Below are positions 17,721 to 26,937 of a DNA stretch of 64,000 bases, piece by piece (position 1 is the first letter of the stretch; each line of letters opens with the position of its first letter). The DNA is taken from the NCBI GenBank assembly GCA_963707075.1, contig CAVPOX010000033.1, forward strand, positions 17,301 through 81,300, written 5' to 3'. Both the position numbers and the translations under genes were made by a program. The notes below the pieces were generated by a model that was not told the DNA's origin, ran no database searches, and was given only the letters and a program-made list of their open reading frames with translations. Source of the stretch: an uncultured Acidobacteriota bacterium (GTDB lineage: Bacteria > Acidobacteriota > Thermoanaerobaculia > Multivoradales > JAHEKO01).

Positions 17721-18830
17721 CTAGGCGAGTCCATTGAGCACACCGAGTGTCTCCCCAGCGCAGCGCTCCCAGGAGAACTCTCGGCCCCGCTTCTCGCTCT
17801 GCCGGGCCAGCTCGGCGTGCAGATCGTCGTCGGTCAGGACTCGCAGGATGCTGCTGGCAATCTCGTCCACGGAGTCCGGATCGACCAGAATTCCCGCCTC
17901 TCCCGCAACCTCCGCGAGTCCGAAGACCTTCGAGGTGACAATCGGGACTCCGCACGCCATGGCTTCGGTGAGCGGTATGGGGAAAGCCTCCATTTTGGAG
18001 GGATACAAGAACAGATCCGCACCCGAATAGAACATGGGCAAGTCGGTCTGCTCGACCCAGCCCGGGAAGATCACGTCATCCCAGAAACTGGCGTCCCCCA
18101 TGTCGACAGTCTCTCGGAACCTGTGACAATCGCGCCCGGCGACGACGAGCTTGTGAGGCACCTTTTCGCGAACCTGTTGAAAGGCTCTCAGAATCGTCTC
18201 GATGTTCTTGCGCGGCCCACGGTCGAAGCCCGAAAGCGTCAGCAGATAGCGATCCGGCAACGCGTACTTCTCTCTGACCGCCGCCAGGGAGGCTGGATCT
18301 TCGACCTTGTGAAACTGGCGAGCTGGAGCCAGATAAACCGTGCGGACTCTGCCATCCGGCAGATTGAACTTCTTCGAAAAGACCCGAGTCGTGATGTCGG
18401 AGACCGCCAGGACCGCATCGGCGCTACGGCAGTAGAGAGGCATCGTGAGTCGGGCGTAGATCCTCTGCGGCAAGCTCCAGAAGTGTTTCACCTCGGGAAT
18501 GAACCAGCCTGCACCGTGGAGAACCATCGAGGTCTTGCAGGGTGCGAACAACGGGACGGAGAACTTGGGATGAAACAGCACATCGACCCCCGCCTCGCGA
18601 CAAGCCCTCGGCACCGCGACCTGATCCCAGAGCAACTTGTGGGGCGCAGTCAGGACCTGTTCGGAAACCCTTGGACGATCCGCGTGGGTCCCGAGATGTT
18701 GCGGATCGCTGTAAAGCAGGAGGTACTCGTTGCGATCGTCCAGGTCGAGAAGCTCACGAGTGACATTCCTGGTGTAGACGCCCACCCCACCCTTCTCGCC
18801 AAAAGCGCGCAACATGAGAGCGATTTTCAA
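17721..18830 (-). CDS. GT4-type glycosyltransferase (Glycos_transf_1)
   Basis: MKIALMLRAFGEKGGVGVYTRN... at the N-terminus. The C-terminal half carries the EX7E-type region (YPSKMEAFPIPLTEAMACGVPIVTS). Confidence 0.9.
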   Translation of the reverse strand: MKIALMLRAFGEKGGVGVYTRNVTRELLDLDDRNEYLLLYSDPQHLGTHADRPRVSEQVLTAPHKLLWDQVAVPRACREAGVDVLFHPKFSVPLFAPCKTSMVLHGAGWFIPEVKHFWSLPQRIYARLTMPLYCRSADAVLAVSDITTRVFSKKFNLPDGRVRTVYLAPARQFHKVEDPASLAAVREKYALPDRYLLTLSGFDRGPRKNIETILRAFQQVREKVPHKLVVAGRDCHRFRETVDMGDASFWDDVIFPGWVEQTDLPMFYSGADLFLYPSKMEAFPIPLTEAMACGVPIVTSKVFGLAEVAGEAGILVDPDSVDEIASSILRVLTDDDLHAELARQSEKRGREFSWERCAGETLGVLNGLA

Positions 18831-18851
18831 TATCCCGGCCCCAATTGTTTC

Positions 18852-19388
18852 CTATTCTCGCTTTCCCACGACCCTGGCCGGGGCGCCAGCGACGATCGAG
18901 TAGGCTTGAACCTCGCCGGTGACGACGCTTCCGGCTCCAATCACCACGCCGTCACCGATCGCGCATCCTGGCAGAATGACGGTGCCCGCACCAATCAAAA
19001 CGTCACTGCCGATCGTCACACCCTGGCGCGCATCGACTCCCTGTTCGAGGATCGATACATCCTTCTTCCTGAAGGCCTTGGTGCCGCCGACAATGGTGAC
19101 ATTGGGCGCGATACGGACCATATCTCCCAGAATGATGTCACCGTCTCCCGTGGAAATATGGTCGAAGCTGCTGACCGCACAGTCCTTGCCCATCGAGATC
19201 CGGCCCCGGTGGGTCTGGATGATGACGTAGGGTTTGACCACTGTGCCGGCACCAAAGGTGACGTTGCCGGAGACCTGTACCCGAGCATGGCGGCTCACCA
19301 GGCAGCGATAACGCAAATAAAAGTAGATCGAGGCGATGAACCTGGGTATCAGGTACCGCTGAAACACCCTCTTGACCGGCGAGATCAT
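18852..19388 (-). CDS. hexapeptide-repeat (left-handed beta-helix) acetyltransferase
   Basis: Repeated [LIV]-G-x4 hexads (IGSDVLIGAGTVILPGCAIGDGVVIGAGSVV). The ATG at 19388 overlaps the upstream stop (ATGA). Confidence 0.85.
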   Translation of the reverse strand: MISPVKRVFQRYLIPRFIASIYFYLRYRCLVSRHARVQVSGNVTFGAGTVVKPYVIIQTHRGRISMGKDCAVSSFDHISTGDGDIILGDMVRIAPNVTIVGGTKAFRKKDVSILEQGVDARQGVTIGSDVLIGAGTVILPGCAIGDGVVIGAGSVVTGEVQAYSIVAGAPARVVGKRE

Positions 19389-19933
19389 GATCGAGTCGAG
19401 TCTCTCTTCAGGCTGCGCCGCCAGAGGACGAGGGCCGAGACTGCGCCAAGCAGCACCGCCTCCGTCACCACGGTTGTCAGATGCCGCCAACTCCTCCAGC
19501 CTTCCGACCAGTGTAGCCCATAGAACAATCTGATCGGTGAGCCGAATCTCTCATGCGACCATGGCCATAAGGCCATCACGCCCCGTCCAACGGTCAGATA
19601 GTCCATCCCGAGGTGCAGCCAATAGCAGGCCAGAGTGAGCGCGAACCAGTGTCGCCAGCGGGTCGAAGTCGCCAGGCTGAAGAGCCATGCGACGGCTGCT
19701 GAGACCATCAGCCCAGCCAGCAGGCTGTGCTCCTGTTTGTTGTGGTAGGCGGCAAGGTCGCCGGTGAAGAGCCCGGCCACAGTCGGAAGATCGGGCAACA
19801 AAGACAAGACCGTAGTGACTGCAAAAAGCGCCGGCCAGGACAGTCCGAACAGGATCCTGGGATCCCTGTTGTTGCCCAGGTATCCCGACATCAGCAGGGC
19901 ACCAGCTATGGAATGGGCCAGAGGAGAGGGCAC
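19385..19933 (-). CDS. membrane-bound metal-dependent hydrolase-like protein (DUF457/YdjM-like)
   Basis: 182-aa, mostly hydrophobic, His-rich protein (MPSPLAHSIAG..., EHSLLAG, WLHLGMDY). The assignment is by resemblance only. Confidence 0.55.
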   Translation of the reverse strand: MPSPLAHSIAGALLMSGYLGNNRDPRILFGLSWPALFAVTTVLSLLPDLPTVAGLFTGDLAAYHNKQEHSLLAGLMVSAAVAWLFSLATSTRWRHWFALTLACYWLHLGMDYLTVGRGVMALWPWSHERFGSPIRLFYGLHWSEGWRSWRHLTTVVTEAVLLGAVSALVLWRRSLKRDSTRS

Positions 19934-19937
19934 GATC

Positions 19938-21875
19938 TCAGGTCCCGGGGGCTCTCAGGCGCCGCCGGAGGTCCTCGCTGACTCGATCTTCTGATTCGCC
20001 TTCCAGAAAAAGGCGGCTCCAGACCTCCAGGTTCAGCAGCATCCACAACCTGACATGGTGATCCGACATACCCCGACGGTGCTCGTCGATCAGTCGCGCC
20101 ACCGGTTCATGCTGCACGACCCCGTGTTTCACGATCCACGACTCCTTGAAGACTTCTTCCAGGAAGCCCGACAAAGCCCCTTGAAACCAGAAAGCTATCG
20201 GAAACATGAAGCCCTGTTTGGGGCGTTGCAGGATCTCGTTGGGCAATCTCGACGCCATCGTCTTCTTGAGAGCGTATTTCAGGGTGCCACGACGGATCTT
20301 CAGTCGACTGGGGAGTCGCGCCCCGAGCTCCACGAGTTGATGATCCAGAAATGGGGAGCGCAGCTCGAGGCTGTGGGCCATGCTCATACGATCACTCATC
20401 TGCAACGAATGCTCGGGCAAGCGGGTCGTGTAGTCCGTGTACAGCATCCTGTCGATCGGGTCGAGCGCCGGCGCCTCATTGTACGCATCGATAAGAATCG
20501 TCGCCGCATCGAGGTCGCTGACCAGACGCCACAGCGTGTCTCCCAGAACGCGCGACTTCTGCTCGTGAGAGAAACGGGTGTGGATGGTGGCCTGCGCGTA
20601 TCGTCGCGCGGCGTCGGGCTGCGCCGCCATTGCGGAGACCCAGCGCAGCTTCTGCGTGAGGCTCTTGTAGGCGAACGACTCGGGCACCCGTTGAACGAGG
20701 GACTCAGCGACCTGTCGCAAGGCCAGAGGTACCCAGCGCGCAGACTCGAGAGCGCGGACCCCGAGATAGCGATCGAAGCCGGCAAAGAGCTCGTCGCCTC
20801 CGTCACCGCCCAGGACGACCTTGACGTGCTGCGAGGCCAACCTGGAGGCCTGATACATGCAAGCAGCAATGGGGTCAGAGGGCTCGTCGAGGTGATGAAT
20901 CATCCTCGGTAGATCGGCAATGAGATTGGCCTCGACTCGCGCTTCACGGTGCGAGGTCCCGCAGTACTCTGCGACCGTTCGGGCGTAAGGCAGCTCGTTG
21001 AAGCTCTGCTCCTCGACACCAATGGCAAAGGTCTCAAGGCCCGCCACTTCCATCTGGCTCATCATCGCCACGATCGCGCTCGAATCCATCCCGCCGCTCA
21101 GAAAGGCCCCGACCGGGACATCGCTCACCAGGTGAGACTCCACCGCATCACGCATTTCTGCATCGAGCGTCGCGAGAGCCTCCTGCTCATCGGCCTGGAT
21201 CTTCTCTCTGAAGTCGAGCTGCCAGTACCTGAAGACCTCACAGCAACCCTCGCGGTAGGTCATCGCATGACCGGGGGGCAACTTACGGATGCCCTTGAAC
21301 ATCGTATGTGGCGGCGGCACGAATCGCAGCGACAGGTAGTGCTGCAATGCCACAGGATCCATCTCGGCCATGATCTGATCGAGCTCGAGAAGTGCCTTGA
21401 TCTCCGAAGCGAAGGCGAGACCCCGATCGAGCTCGACATAGAAGAGCGGTTTCTGCCCGAGCCGATCACGGGCCAGGAACAGCTCACTGCGCCTGCTGTC
21501 CCAAAGCGCAAAGGCGAACATGCCTCGTAGCTTCTCGATGCACTCGCGTCCCCGCTCCTCATAGAGGTGGACCAACACCTCGGTATCGCTCTGCGTCGAG
21601 AAGCGGTGGCCCGCTGCCTGCAACTCGGCCCTGAGATCTCGATAGTTGTAGATCTCTCCGTTGAACACCAACTGGACGGACCCGTCCTCGTTGCCAATCG
21701 GTTGGTGTCCGGCGACGGTATCGATCACGCTCAAACGCCGATTCGCCAGGCCAACTTGCCCGTCGAAGAAGAACCCTTCGTCATCAGGCCCCCGGTGTGC
21801 GAGCGCCCGACACATCCGCTCGAGGTCCGCCGAGACGAGCTGACCACCGGCGACAAAGCCACAGATCCCGCACAT
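19938..21875 (-). CDS. asnB: asparagine synthase family glutamine amidotransferase
   Basis: N-terminal nucleophile MCGICGF, plus NGEIYNY and the PP-loop SGGMDSS. Full length of 645 aa. Confidence 0.92.
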   Translation of the reverse strand: MCGICGFVAGGQLVSADLERMCRALAHRGPDDEGFFFDGQVGLANRRLSVIDTVAGHQPIGNEDGSVQLVFNGEIYNYRDLRAELQAAGHRFSTQSDTEVLVHLYEERGRECIEKLRGMFAFALWDSRRSELFLARDRLGQKPLFYVELDRGLAFASEIKALLELDQIMAEMDPVALQHYLSLRFVPPPHTMFKGIRKLPPGHAMTYREGCCEVFRYWQLDFREKIQADEQEALATLDAEMRDAVESHLVSDVPVGAFLSGGMDSSAIVAMMSQMEVAGLETFAIGVEEQSFNELPYARTVAEYCGTSHREARVEANLIADLPRMIHHLDEPSDPIAACMYQASRLASQHVKVVLGGDGGDELFAGFDRYLGVRALESARWVPLALRQVAESLVQRVPESFAYKSLTQKLRWVSAMAAQPDAARRYAQATIHTRFSHEQKSRVLGDTLWRLVSDLDAATILIDAYNEAPALDPIDRMLYTDYTTRLPEHSLQMSDRMSMAHSLELRSPFLDHQLVELGARLPSRLKIRRGTLKYALKKTMASRLPNEILQRPKQGFMFPIAFWFQGALSGFLEEVFKESWIVKHGVVQHEPVARLIDEHRRGMSDHHVRLWMLLNLEVWSRLFLEGESEDRVSEDLRRRLRAPGT

Positions 21876-21876
21876 C

Positions 21877-23025
21877 TCAGTTCACCACCCTACCGGGGTC
21901 TTTCGCCGTGGCATCCGCACCAAGGCCGGGCTCGAAGGCCAGCCAGGCTTCCAGCTGGTCGAACACGATCTCGGCTAACGCTCGATGCCCCTGGGGTGTC
22001 CAGTGGCCGTCCTTGCGATAGTAGAGATCGAGCCTGTCGGATCGTCGACTCATCGCCGTGCCGACATCGATGCACGTCGCGCCGGATGCCTCGGCTGCTG
22101 CCTCCACGACCTCCAACGATCGCAGGCTGTTGGCGGTTCCATCGAGCACATGGGCCTGTCCCGTCGTATACAGGAACAGGGTGTCGGCGCCCAGCTCGCG
22201 ACCCAACTCGGCAACCTCCACCAGCAACTCGCGCCCCAGTGCCGCGTCCTCCTCGGTGAAGTCCTCACCCCAGAGGCTCTCCTGGGATCCCGACCAGCCG
22301 AGGCGAATGGCCAGGTAGCCGGCTGAATCGCTCAAGAGCCGCAGCAGATGGCTGTGGAGCTTCAGGTACCGGTGCCACCGCCAGATCACATCGAGGAGCT
22401 CCTCCGGCGAAGTGTCTACGTTTTTCGCCGTCAGCATTCCATTCTCGATCTTCGCCCAGGTGACGGCTGGGTATCGATTCTCCTTGAGATCGTTGACGGA
22501 CAGAAACTGAAGCACGATCAGGTCCGGGTCGATCTCGGCACCCCTGGCTCGCAGGTAGGCCACCTGATCAGCGGTACCGTAGCCTGGAATTCCACCATTG
22601 ATGACTTCAATCGATAGGCCGGGATGCCTGGCAGCGAGCAGCGTTTCCAATTGCGCAGCGAAGGTCTCGTCGTCTCCGACGCCAAAACCGAACGCCTGCG
22701 AGTCTCCCAGGACGAGGATACGGAAGGTGTCGGCGGCCTTGGCCCCTCCTTCCCACGATCGCAGGCCACCCGCACCAACTGTCACCGGCACCGTGAACTC
22801 GGATCGTTGAATGGTGCCTGAAAAGGTCGGAGTCAGGGTGTAGCCGAGGACGGGGTCTTCCACATACATGCCGGGTGGATGGATCTCAAAGATCTGCGGC
22901 CGCAGGAACCGCAGCAGCAGCTCCGCTCCGACTGAGGCCACCAGCAACCCGACCGCGAGCAGCGCCGCCGCCTCGCCGAGACGACGCCAGGCCGAATGAG
23001 TCCGCGAAACAGTCGATTTCGACAC
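21877..23025 (-). CDS. SGNH/GDSL-type hydrolase with N-terminal membrane anchor
   Basis: Block I ILVLGDSQAFGFG, block II NGGIPGYGT, and block V DGHWTPQGH. N-terminal TM AAALLAVGLLVASVGAELLL. Confidence 0.75.
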   Translation of the reverse strand: MSKSTVSRTHSAWRRLGEAAALLAVGLLVASVGAELLLRFLRPQIFEIHPPGMYVEDPVLGYTLTPTFSGTIQRSEFTVPVTVGAGGLRSWEGGAKAADTFRILVLGDSQAFGFGVGDDETFAAQLETLLAARHPGLSIEVINGGIPGYGTADQVAYLRARGAEIDPDLIVLQFLSVNDLKENRYPAVTWAKIENGMLTAKNVDTSPEELLDVIWRWHRYLKLHSHLLRLLSDSAGYLAIRLGWSGSQESLWGEDFTEEDAALGRELLVEVAELGRELGADTLFLYTTGQAHVLDGTANSLRSLEVVEAAAEASGATCIDVGTAMSRRSDRLDLYYRKDGHWTPQGHRALAEIVFDQLEAWLAFEPGLGADATAKDPGRVVN

Positions 23026-23037
23026 CGGCGAAACCGC

Positions 23038-23850
23038 TCAGGGCCGGATCGCCGTCACTGAGTACTTGTAGGCCAGGCGCTCAGCGATCGGCCTTGGCAC
23101 CAGGTTGTAGAGAGGACGGAAGACCCCCTTGTAGAGCACCGCCTTGACCCCGGATCGACGGACGGGAAGGGCGCGATAGTGCTCGCGGGCGCAATCGACA
23201 ATGTCGAACTTCGTGAACATCGCTTCGATCTCGGCCTCGGTGTAGAACTCGTTGACCGGCGGATCTTCCTCGGCGTATTCGATGTTGGCGCCCCCGTAGT
23301 CCCGCAGGAGCAGCATCCAGGAGGGCTTTCTATAGAAGTGGGAGATGATCGCCCGTCCCCCTGGTTTCAACACCCGGTAGACCTCGTCGATGGCGCGTTG
23401 GGTATTGCCCGTGGCATGCAGGACACCGTTCGACCAAACGGCATCGAAGGTTTCATCAGGAAAGGAGAGCTCCAGGCCATTCTCCACCCTGACATCTTCG
23501 GCCGCGACGCCAGCAATCTCGAAGTGTCGACGCGCCATCTTCACGGCTGTCGGCGTGAGATCGGTCGCCGTGACCCTGACCCCTCGCTTGAGGAATTCCA
23601 GGCTGTCGTACCCCATCCCGCAGCCGATCTCGAGCAGGTGCTTGCCGCGCAGGATCTCGGCTTCCCGGTCGATTCGATCCATGATCCAGGGGAACTTGTA
23701 GGGGTTCATCCAGGGTCGGATGTGCTCGAAGAACTCCGGGCTTCCCATCTCCAGATCCGGATCGACCCGGTACTGAAGGCCGAGCGGATGGGAATCCCAA
23801 TAGGCCCTGATGTCGTTGACGATGGACTCGTTCTCTGCCATGGATATCAC
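23038..23850 (-). CDS. class I SAM-dependent methyltransferase
   Basis: Motif I LLEIGCGMGYD, then RVTATDLTP, and the later block LKPGGRAIIS. It is the first gene of the long minus-strand operon. Confidence 0.85.
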   Translation of the reverse strand: MISMAENESIVNDIRAYWDSHPLGLQYRVDPDLEMGSPEFFEHIRPWMNPYKFPWIMDRIDREAEILRGKHLLEIGCGMGYDSLEFLKRGVRVTATDLTPTAVKMARRHFEIAGVAAEDVRVENGLELSFPDETFDAVWSNGVLHATGNTQRAIDEVYRVLKPGGRAIISHFYRKPSWMLLLRDYGGANIEYAEEDPPVNEFYTEAEIEAMFTKFDIVDCAREHYRALPVRRSGVKAVLYKGVFRPLYNLVPRPIAERLAYKYSVTAIRP

Positions 23851-23934
23851 CCAACTCGGTCCAGGAACCTCCTGGCCCTGAAGATCAACAGTTGCAAGTC
23901 CAAGATATCATTCAGCTTGCTCCCGGGAAGGCCT
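23851..23934. promoter_or_regulatory. divergent intergenic region between the 12-gene minus-strand operon and the 5-gene plus-strand operon
   Basis: 84 bp separate the divergent starts at 23850 (-) and 23935 (+). Both flanking units are tightly packed, so their promoters must lie here. No confident hexamers were found. Confidence 0.4.
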
Positions 23935-24759
23935 ATGAATAGATCCGAATCCGTCTCCGCGTCGCAGCCATGGCAGTTGCGCCTCTTCTCCAAGTCGCTC
24001 AAGAAGCAGCAGAAGCTGCGACTTCTGCTACGCCAGCTCGGACCGCTCGACGCCCAGGACTGTGTCCTGATCACCAACGGCGACAACAACGGGGCCCTGA
24101 ACTACCACTTCCGAGCTCATGGCGGTCGCTGGGTGTGGATCGAGCTCGAAGACGACCAGATACCCGATATGGAGGCACTCCTGGGAGAACCGGTGCTGCA
24201 CGGCGCCCCCGACCTCCTGCCAGTGGCCGATCAGACCTTCGACGCGGTGGTCAGCATCGATGTGCACGAGCACCTCGACGACTGCCTTCCCTTCTCGGGA
24301 GAGCTGGCGCGCATCGTCAGGCCGGGTGGCCGAGTCCTGGTCACGACACCCAACGGCAATCCGAGGAAGCCTGTCGTCAGACTCAAGGAGCTGCTCGGCA
24401 TGTCGATCGAGACCTACGGGCACAAGGTGCTCGGCTACGAGATCGACCAGCACCGCGAGATGCTTCGCCAGGCCGGTTTGCAACCGATCGGAGACGGCAG
24501 CTACTCCAAGTTCTTCACCGAAATCCTCGAGCTTGGCCTGAACCTGGCCTACGTGAAGACTGTCGGCAGGAAGACTCACTCCACCGAGGGCGAAGTGGGA
24601 ATCTCCCCCACCTCGACCAAGGACTTCAGCAAGGTCCAGAAGCAGTACCGTCTGTTGGCTCTGATCTATCCCTTTCTCTGGGCGGTTTCGAAGCTCGATG
24701 TTCTCCTCTTCTTCACTACCGGGTACGCCGTCTCCGTCCTGGCGAAAGAGCCCCGATGA
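23935..24759 (+). CDS. methyltransferase-like protein (type 11-like, atypical motif I)
   Basis: The start is at the ATG at 23935 (MNRSESV). Blocks FDAVVSIDVHEHLDD and VRPGGRVLVTTPN are present. The glycine-rich motif I is degenerate (VLITNGDNNGAL). The upstream 252 aa of ORF 23179..24759 are antisense to the preceding methyltransferase gene. Confidence 0.7.
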   Translation: MNRSESVSASQPWQLRLFSKSLKKQQKLRLLLRQLGPLDAQDCVLITNGDNNGALNYHFRAHGGRWVWIELEDDQIPDMEALLGEPVLHGAPDLLPVADQTFDAVVSIDVHEHLDDCLPFSGELARIVRPGGRVLVTTPNGNPRKPVVRLKELLGMSIETYGHKVLGYEIDQHREMLRQAGLQPIGDGSYSKFFTEILELGLNLAYVKTVGRKTHSTEGEVGISPTSTKDFSKVQKQYRLLALIYPFLWAVSKLDVLLFFTTGYAVSVLAKEPR

Positions 24760-25757
24760 CCGACCAGGATCCGACCGCGATCGGGCGCGCACTGATCACG
24801 GGTGCAGGCGGGTTCATCGGTAGCCATCTCACCCGCTCGCTTGTCGACTCCGGAGTCGAAGTCACGGTGCTGGACGTCGACCTCACCGCACTGCAGCCCC
24901 TGAGCTCAGGGCCACGGTGCCGTTTTCTGCAGGGGAGTATCGAGAATTCGGACATCCGCCGGGATGCTCTGGCGGGAGTCGACACGGTCTTCCATCTCGC
25001 TGCGGCACATCTGGGCGTGCTGCAGGAAGCCGAGGAGTTTCGCCGGGTCAACGTCGAAGCCACGCGGTCGCTGGCCGAGCAATCGAGCCAGGCAGGCGTC
25101 CGCTGCTTTGTCCACTGCAGCTCGGTCGGTGTCTACGGCCGGATCGAAGCCCCTCCCGCCAACGAAGAGACTCCATGTCACCCGGAGCTGGCATACGAGC
25201 AGACCAAGCTGGAGGGAGAGAAAGCGATCCTGCAGGTCGTGGAGGATCATGGCCTTCCCGCACTGATCCTGAGGCCCGTCTGGGTGTACGGCCCGGATTG
25301 CCAGCGCACTCGAAAGCTCTTCAAGACCATTGCAGCAAAACGTTTCCTGGTGGCCGGGAAAGGAGATGGCCAGCGTCACTGCATCTTCATCGATGACATG
25401 GTGACAGCCATGATCCAGGCTGCCATGCATCCCGAGCTCAGAGGCGAGGTGTTCGTGATCGGCGACGATCGCCCCGTCACGATCCGCTTTCTGGTCGATG
25501 AGATCGCCAGACTGGTGCACGCACCGCCTCCGAGATCGATACCCTTCGGCCTGATGAGCGCTATCGCAGCAACGAGTGAGGCCGTATTTCGGGCCATGCA
25601 CCGCGAACCCCCGGTGTCGCGACGTTCGTTGAGGTTCTTCACCGGAAACACCGCCTTCGACACCGAAAAGGCCAAGCGACTCCTGGGACTGGCCCCGAGC
25701 TACGACCTCAGACGAGGTCTGGCCGAGACGTATCGACGTCTACAGGAAGGGTCCTGA
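24756..25757 (+). CDS. NAD-dependent epimerase/dehydratase (extended SDR)
   Basis: The ATG overlaps the upstream stop (ATGA). Rossmann motif ITGAGGFIGSHL and catalytic YEQTK (YxxxK). Confidence 0.9.
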   Translation: MTDQDPTAIGRALITGAGGFIGSHLTRSLVDSGVEVTVLDVDLTALQPLSSGPRCRFLQGSIENSDIRRDALAGVDTVFHLAAAHLGVLQEAEEFRRVNVEATRSLAEQSSQAGVRCFVHCSSVGVYGRIEAPPANEETPCHPELAYEQTKLEGEKAILQVVEDHGLPALILRPVWVYGPDCQRTRKLFKTIAAKRFLVAGKGDGQRHCIFIDDMVTAMIQAAMHPELRGEVFVIGDDRPVTIRFLVDEIARLVHAPPPRSIPFGLMSAIAATSEAVFRAMHREPPVSRRSLRFFTGNTAFDTEKAKRLLGLAPSYDLRRGLAETYRRLQEGS

Positions 25758-25761
25758 ACCC

Positions 25762-26937
25762 GTGCGTATCCTGGTCATCGCACCCCAACCCTTTTTCACG
25801 CCGCGGGGCACTCCGCTGAGTGTCTACTATCGGACCCTGGTCACAGCCGAGATGGGACACCAGGTCGATCTGCTCACCTACGGACAGGGCCGAGACGTTC
25901 AACTGGACGGTGTTCGGGTGATTCGCATTCCCGGTTTCAAGTGGCTTGGCCCTGTACCGGTGGGGCCTTCTCTCCTCAAGCTATTCCTGGATGGGGTGCT
26001 GGTGTTCAAGATGTTGGGCCTGCTCATCCGCAACCGCTACGATGTCGTGCATGCGCACGAGGAGAGTGTCTTCTTCAGCCGCTGGCTGAAACCGCTCTTC
26101 GGCTTCAAACTGATCTATGACATGCACTCGAGTCTCCCCCAGCAACTGACCAACTTCCGTTTCACGGAATCCAGGGTGCTGATCAGCCTCTTCGAGTCTC
26201 TGGAGAACAGCAGCCTGCGAGAGGCCGATGCGGTGATCACGATCAGCCCCGCCCTGGCTGAATACGCGGCCTCCATCCTGGGGAATACGGGCAAGCACTT
26301 GCTGATCGAAAACACCTTGTTCGACGAGATCCGCCTCAGTAACGGACTCGATCTGGAAGCCGAGGTCGCGAAATGGACGCAACAGCTCCCCGATGCCCCT
26401 GTCCTGATCAGCTATGCGGGCACGCTGGAGCCCTACCAGGGCATCGATCTGCTGCTCATGGCTTTCTCCATTGTGAGCCGCAAGGTGCCTGCCGCACATC
26501 TGCTTGTCATGGGAGGCAACCCCGAGCAGGTGGCACGCTACCGTCAGCTCGCCGAGCAACTTGGGCTTCAGGACCGGTCACTGTTTACCGGAGCCCTGCC
26601 GATCGGTGTCGCTCGGGCTCTCTCGAGGCGCTCGGCCGCCCTGACATCCCCGAGGGTGAGCGGCACCAACACCCCGCTGAAGATCTATGAACAACTGGCC
26701 AGTGGCATTCCCCTGGTCGCCACTCGCATCCTCGCGCACACTCAGGTCCTCTCGGATGCCGTCTGCTACCTGGCCGAGCCCGATCCAGATGACTTCGCTC
26801 GCGCTCTGGTCCAGGCGGTGACCGACACCGAGTTGACCCGAGAGAAGTCGACGGCCGCGCATGAGCTTTACGATGAGAAGTACTCGCGTGCACAATACGT
26901 CGAGAAGATGCACGCCCTCCTGGCGGCAGTTCGATAA
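25762..26937 (+). CDS. GT4-type glycosyltransferase
   Basis: MRILVIAPQPFFTPRGTPLSVY... at the N-terminus, and a C-terminal Glycos_transf_1-like half (GTNTPLKIYEQLASGIPLVAT). Confidence 0.9.
   Translation: MRILVIAPQPFFTPRGTPLSVYYRTLVTAEMGHQVDLLTYGQGRDVQLDGVRVIRIPGFKWLGPVPVGPSLLKLFLDGVLVFKMLGLLIRNRYDVVHAHEESVFFSRWLKPLFGFKLIYDMHSSLPQQLTNFRFTESRVLISLFESLENSSLREADAVITISPALAEYAASILGNTGKHLLIENTLFDEIRLSNGLDLEAEVAKWTQQLPDAPVLISYAGTLEPYQGIDLLLMAFSIVSRKVPAAHLLVMGGNPEQVARYRQLAEQLGLQDRSLFTGALPIGVARALSRRSAALTSPRVSGTNTPLKIYEQLASGIPLVATRILAHTQVLSDAVCYLAEPDPDDFARALVQAVTDTELTREKSTAAHELYDEKYSRAQYVEKMHALLAAVR

Noticed and set aside
17817-19523. Very long alternative-frame or antisense ORFs in the six-frame track. 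Examples are 17817..19523 (568 aa), the first parts of 8613..10733, 23179..24759, 23970..25757, 46619..49699 and 5581..6612, and also 34352..35143 and 9207..10148.
   Set aside because: Their translations are dominated by Arg/Pro/Gly/Ser/His with no motifs. They lie opposite or out of frame to genes with clear family signatures. This is the usual shadow-ORF artefact of GC-rich DNA.
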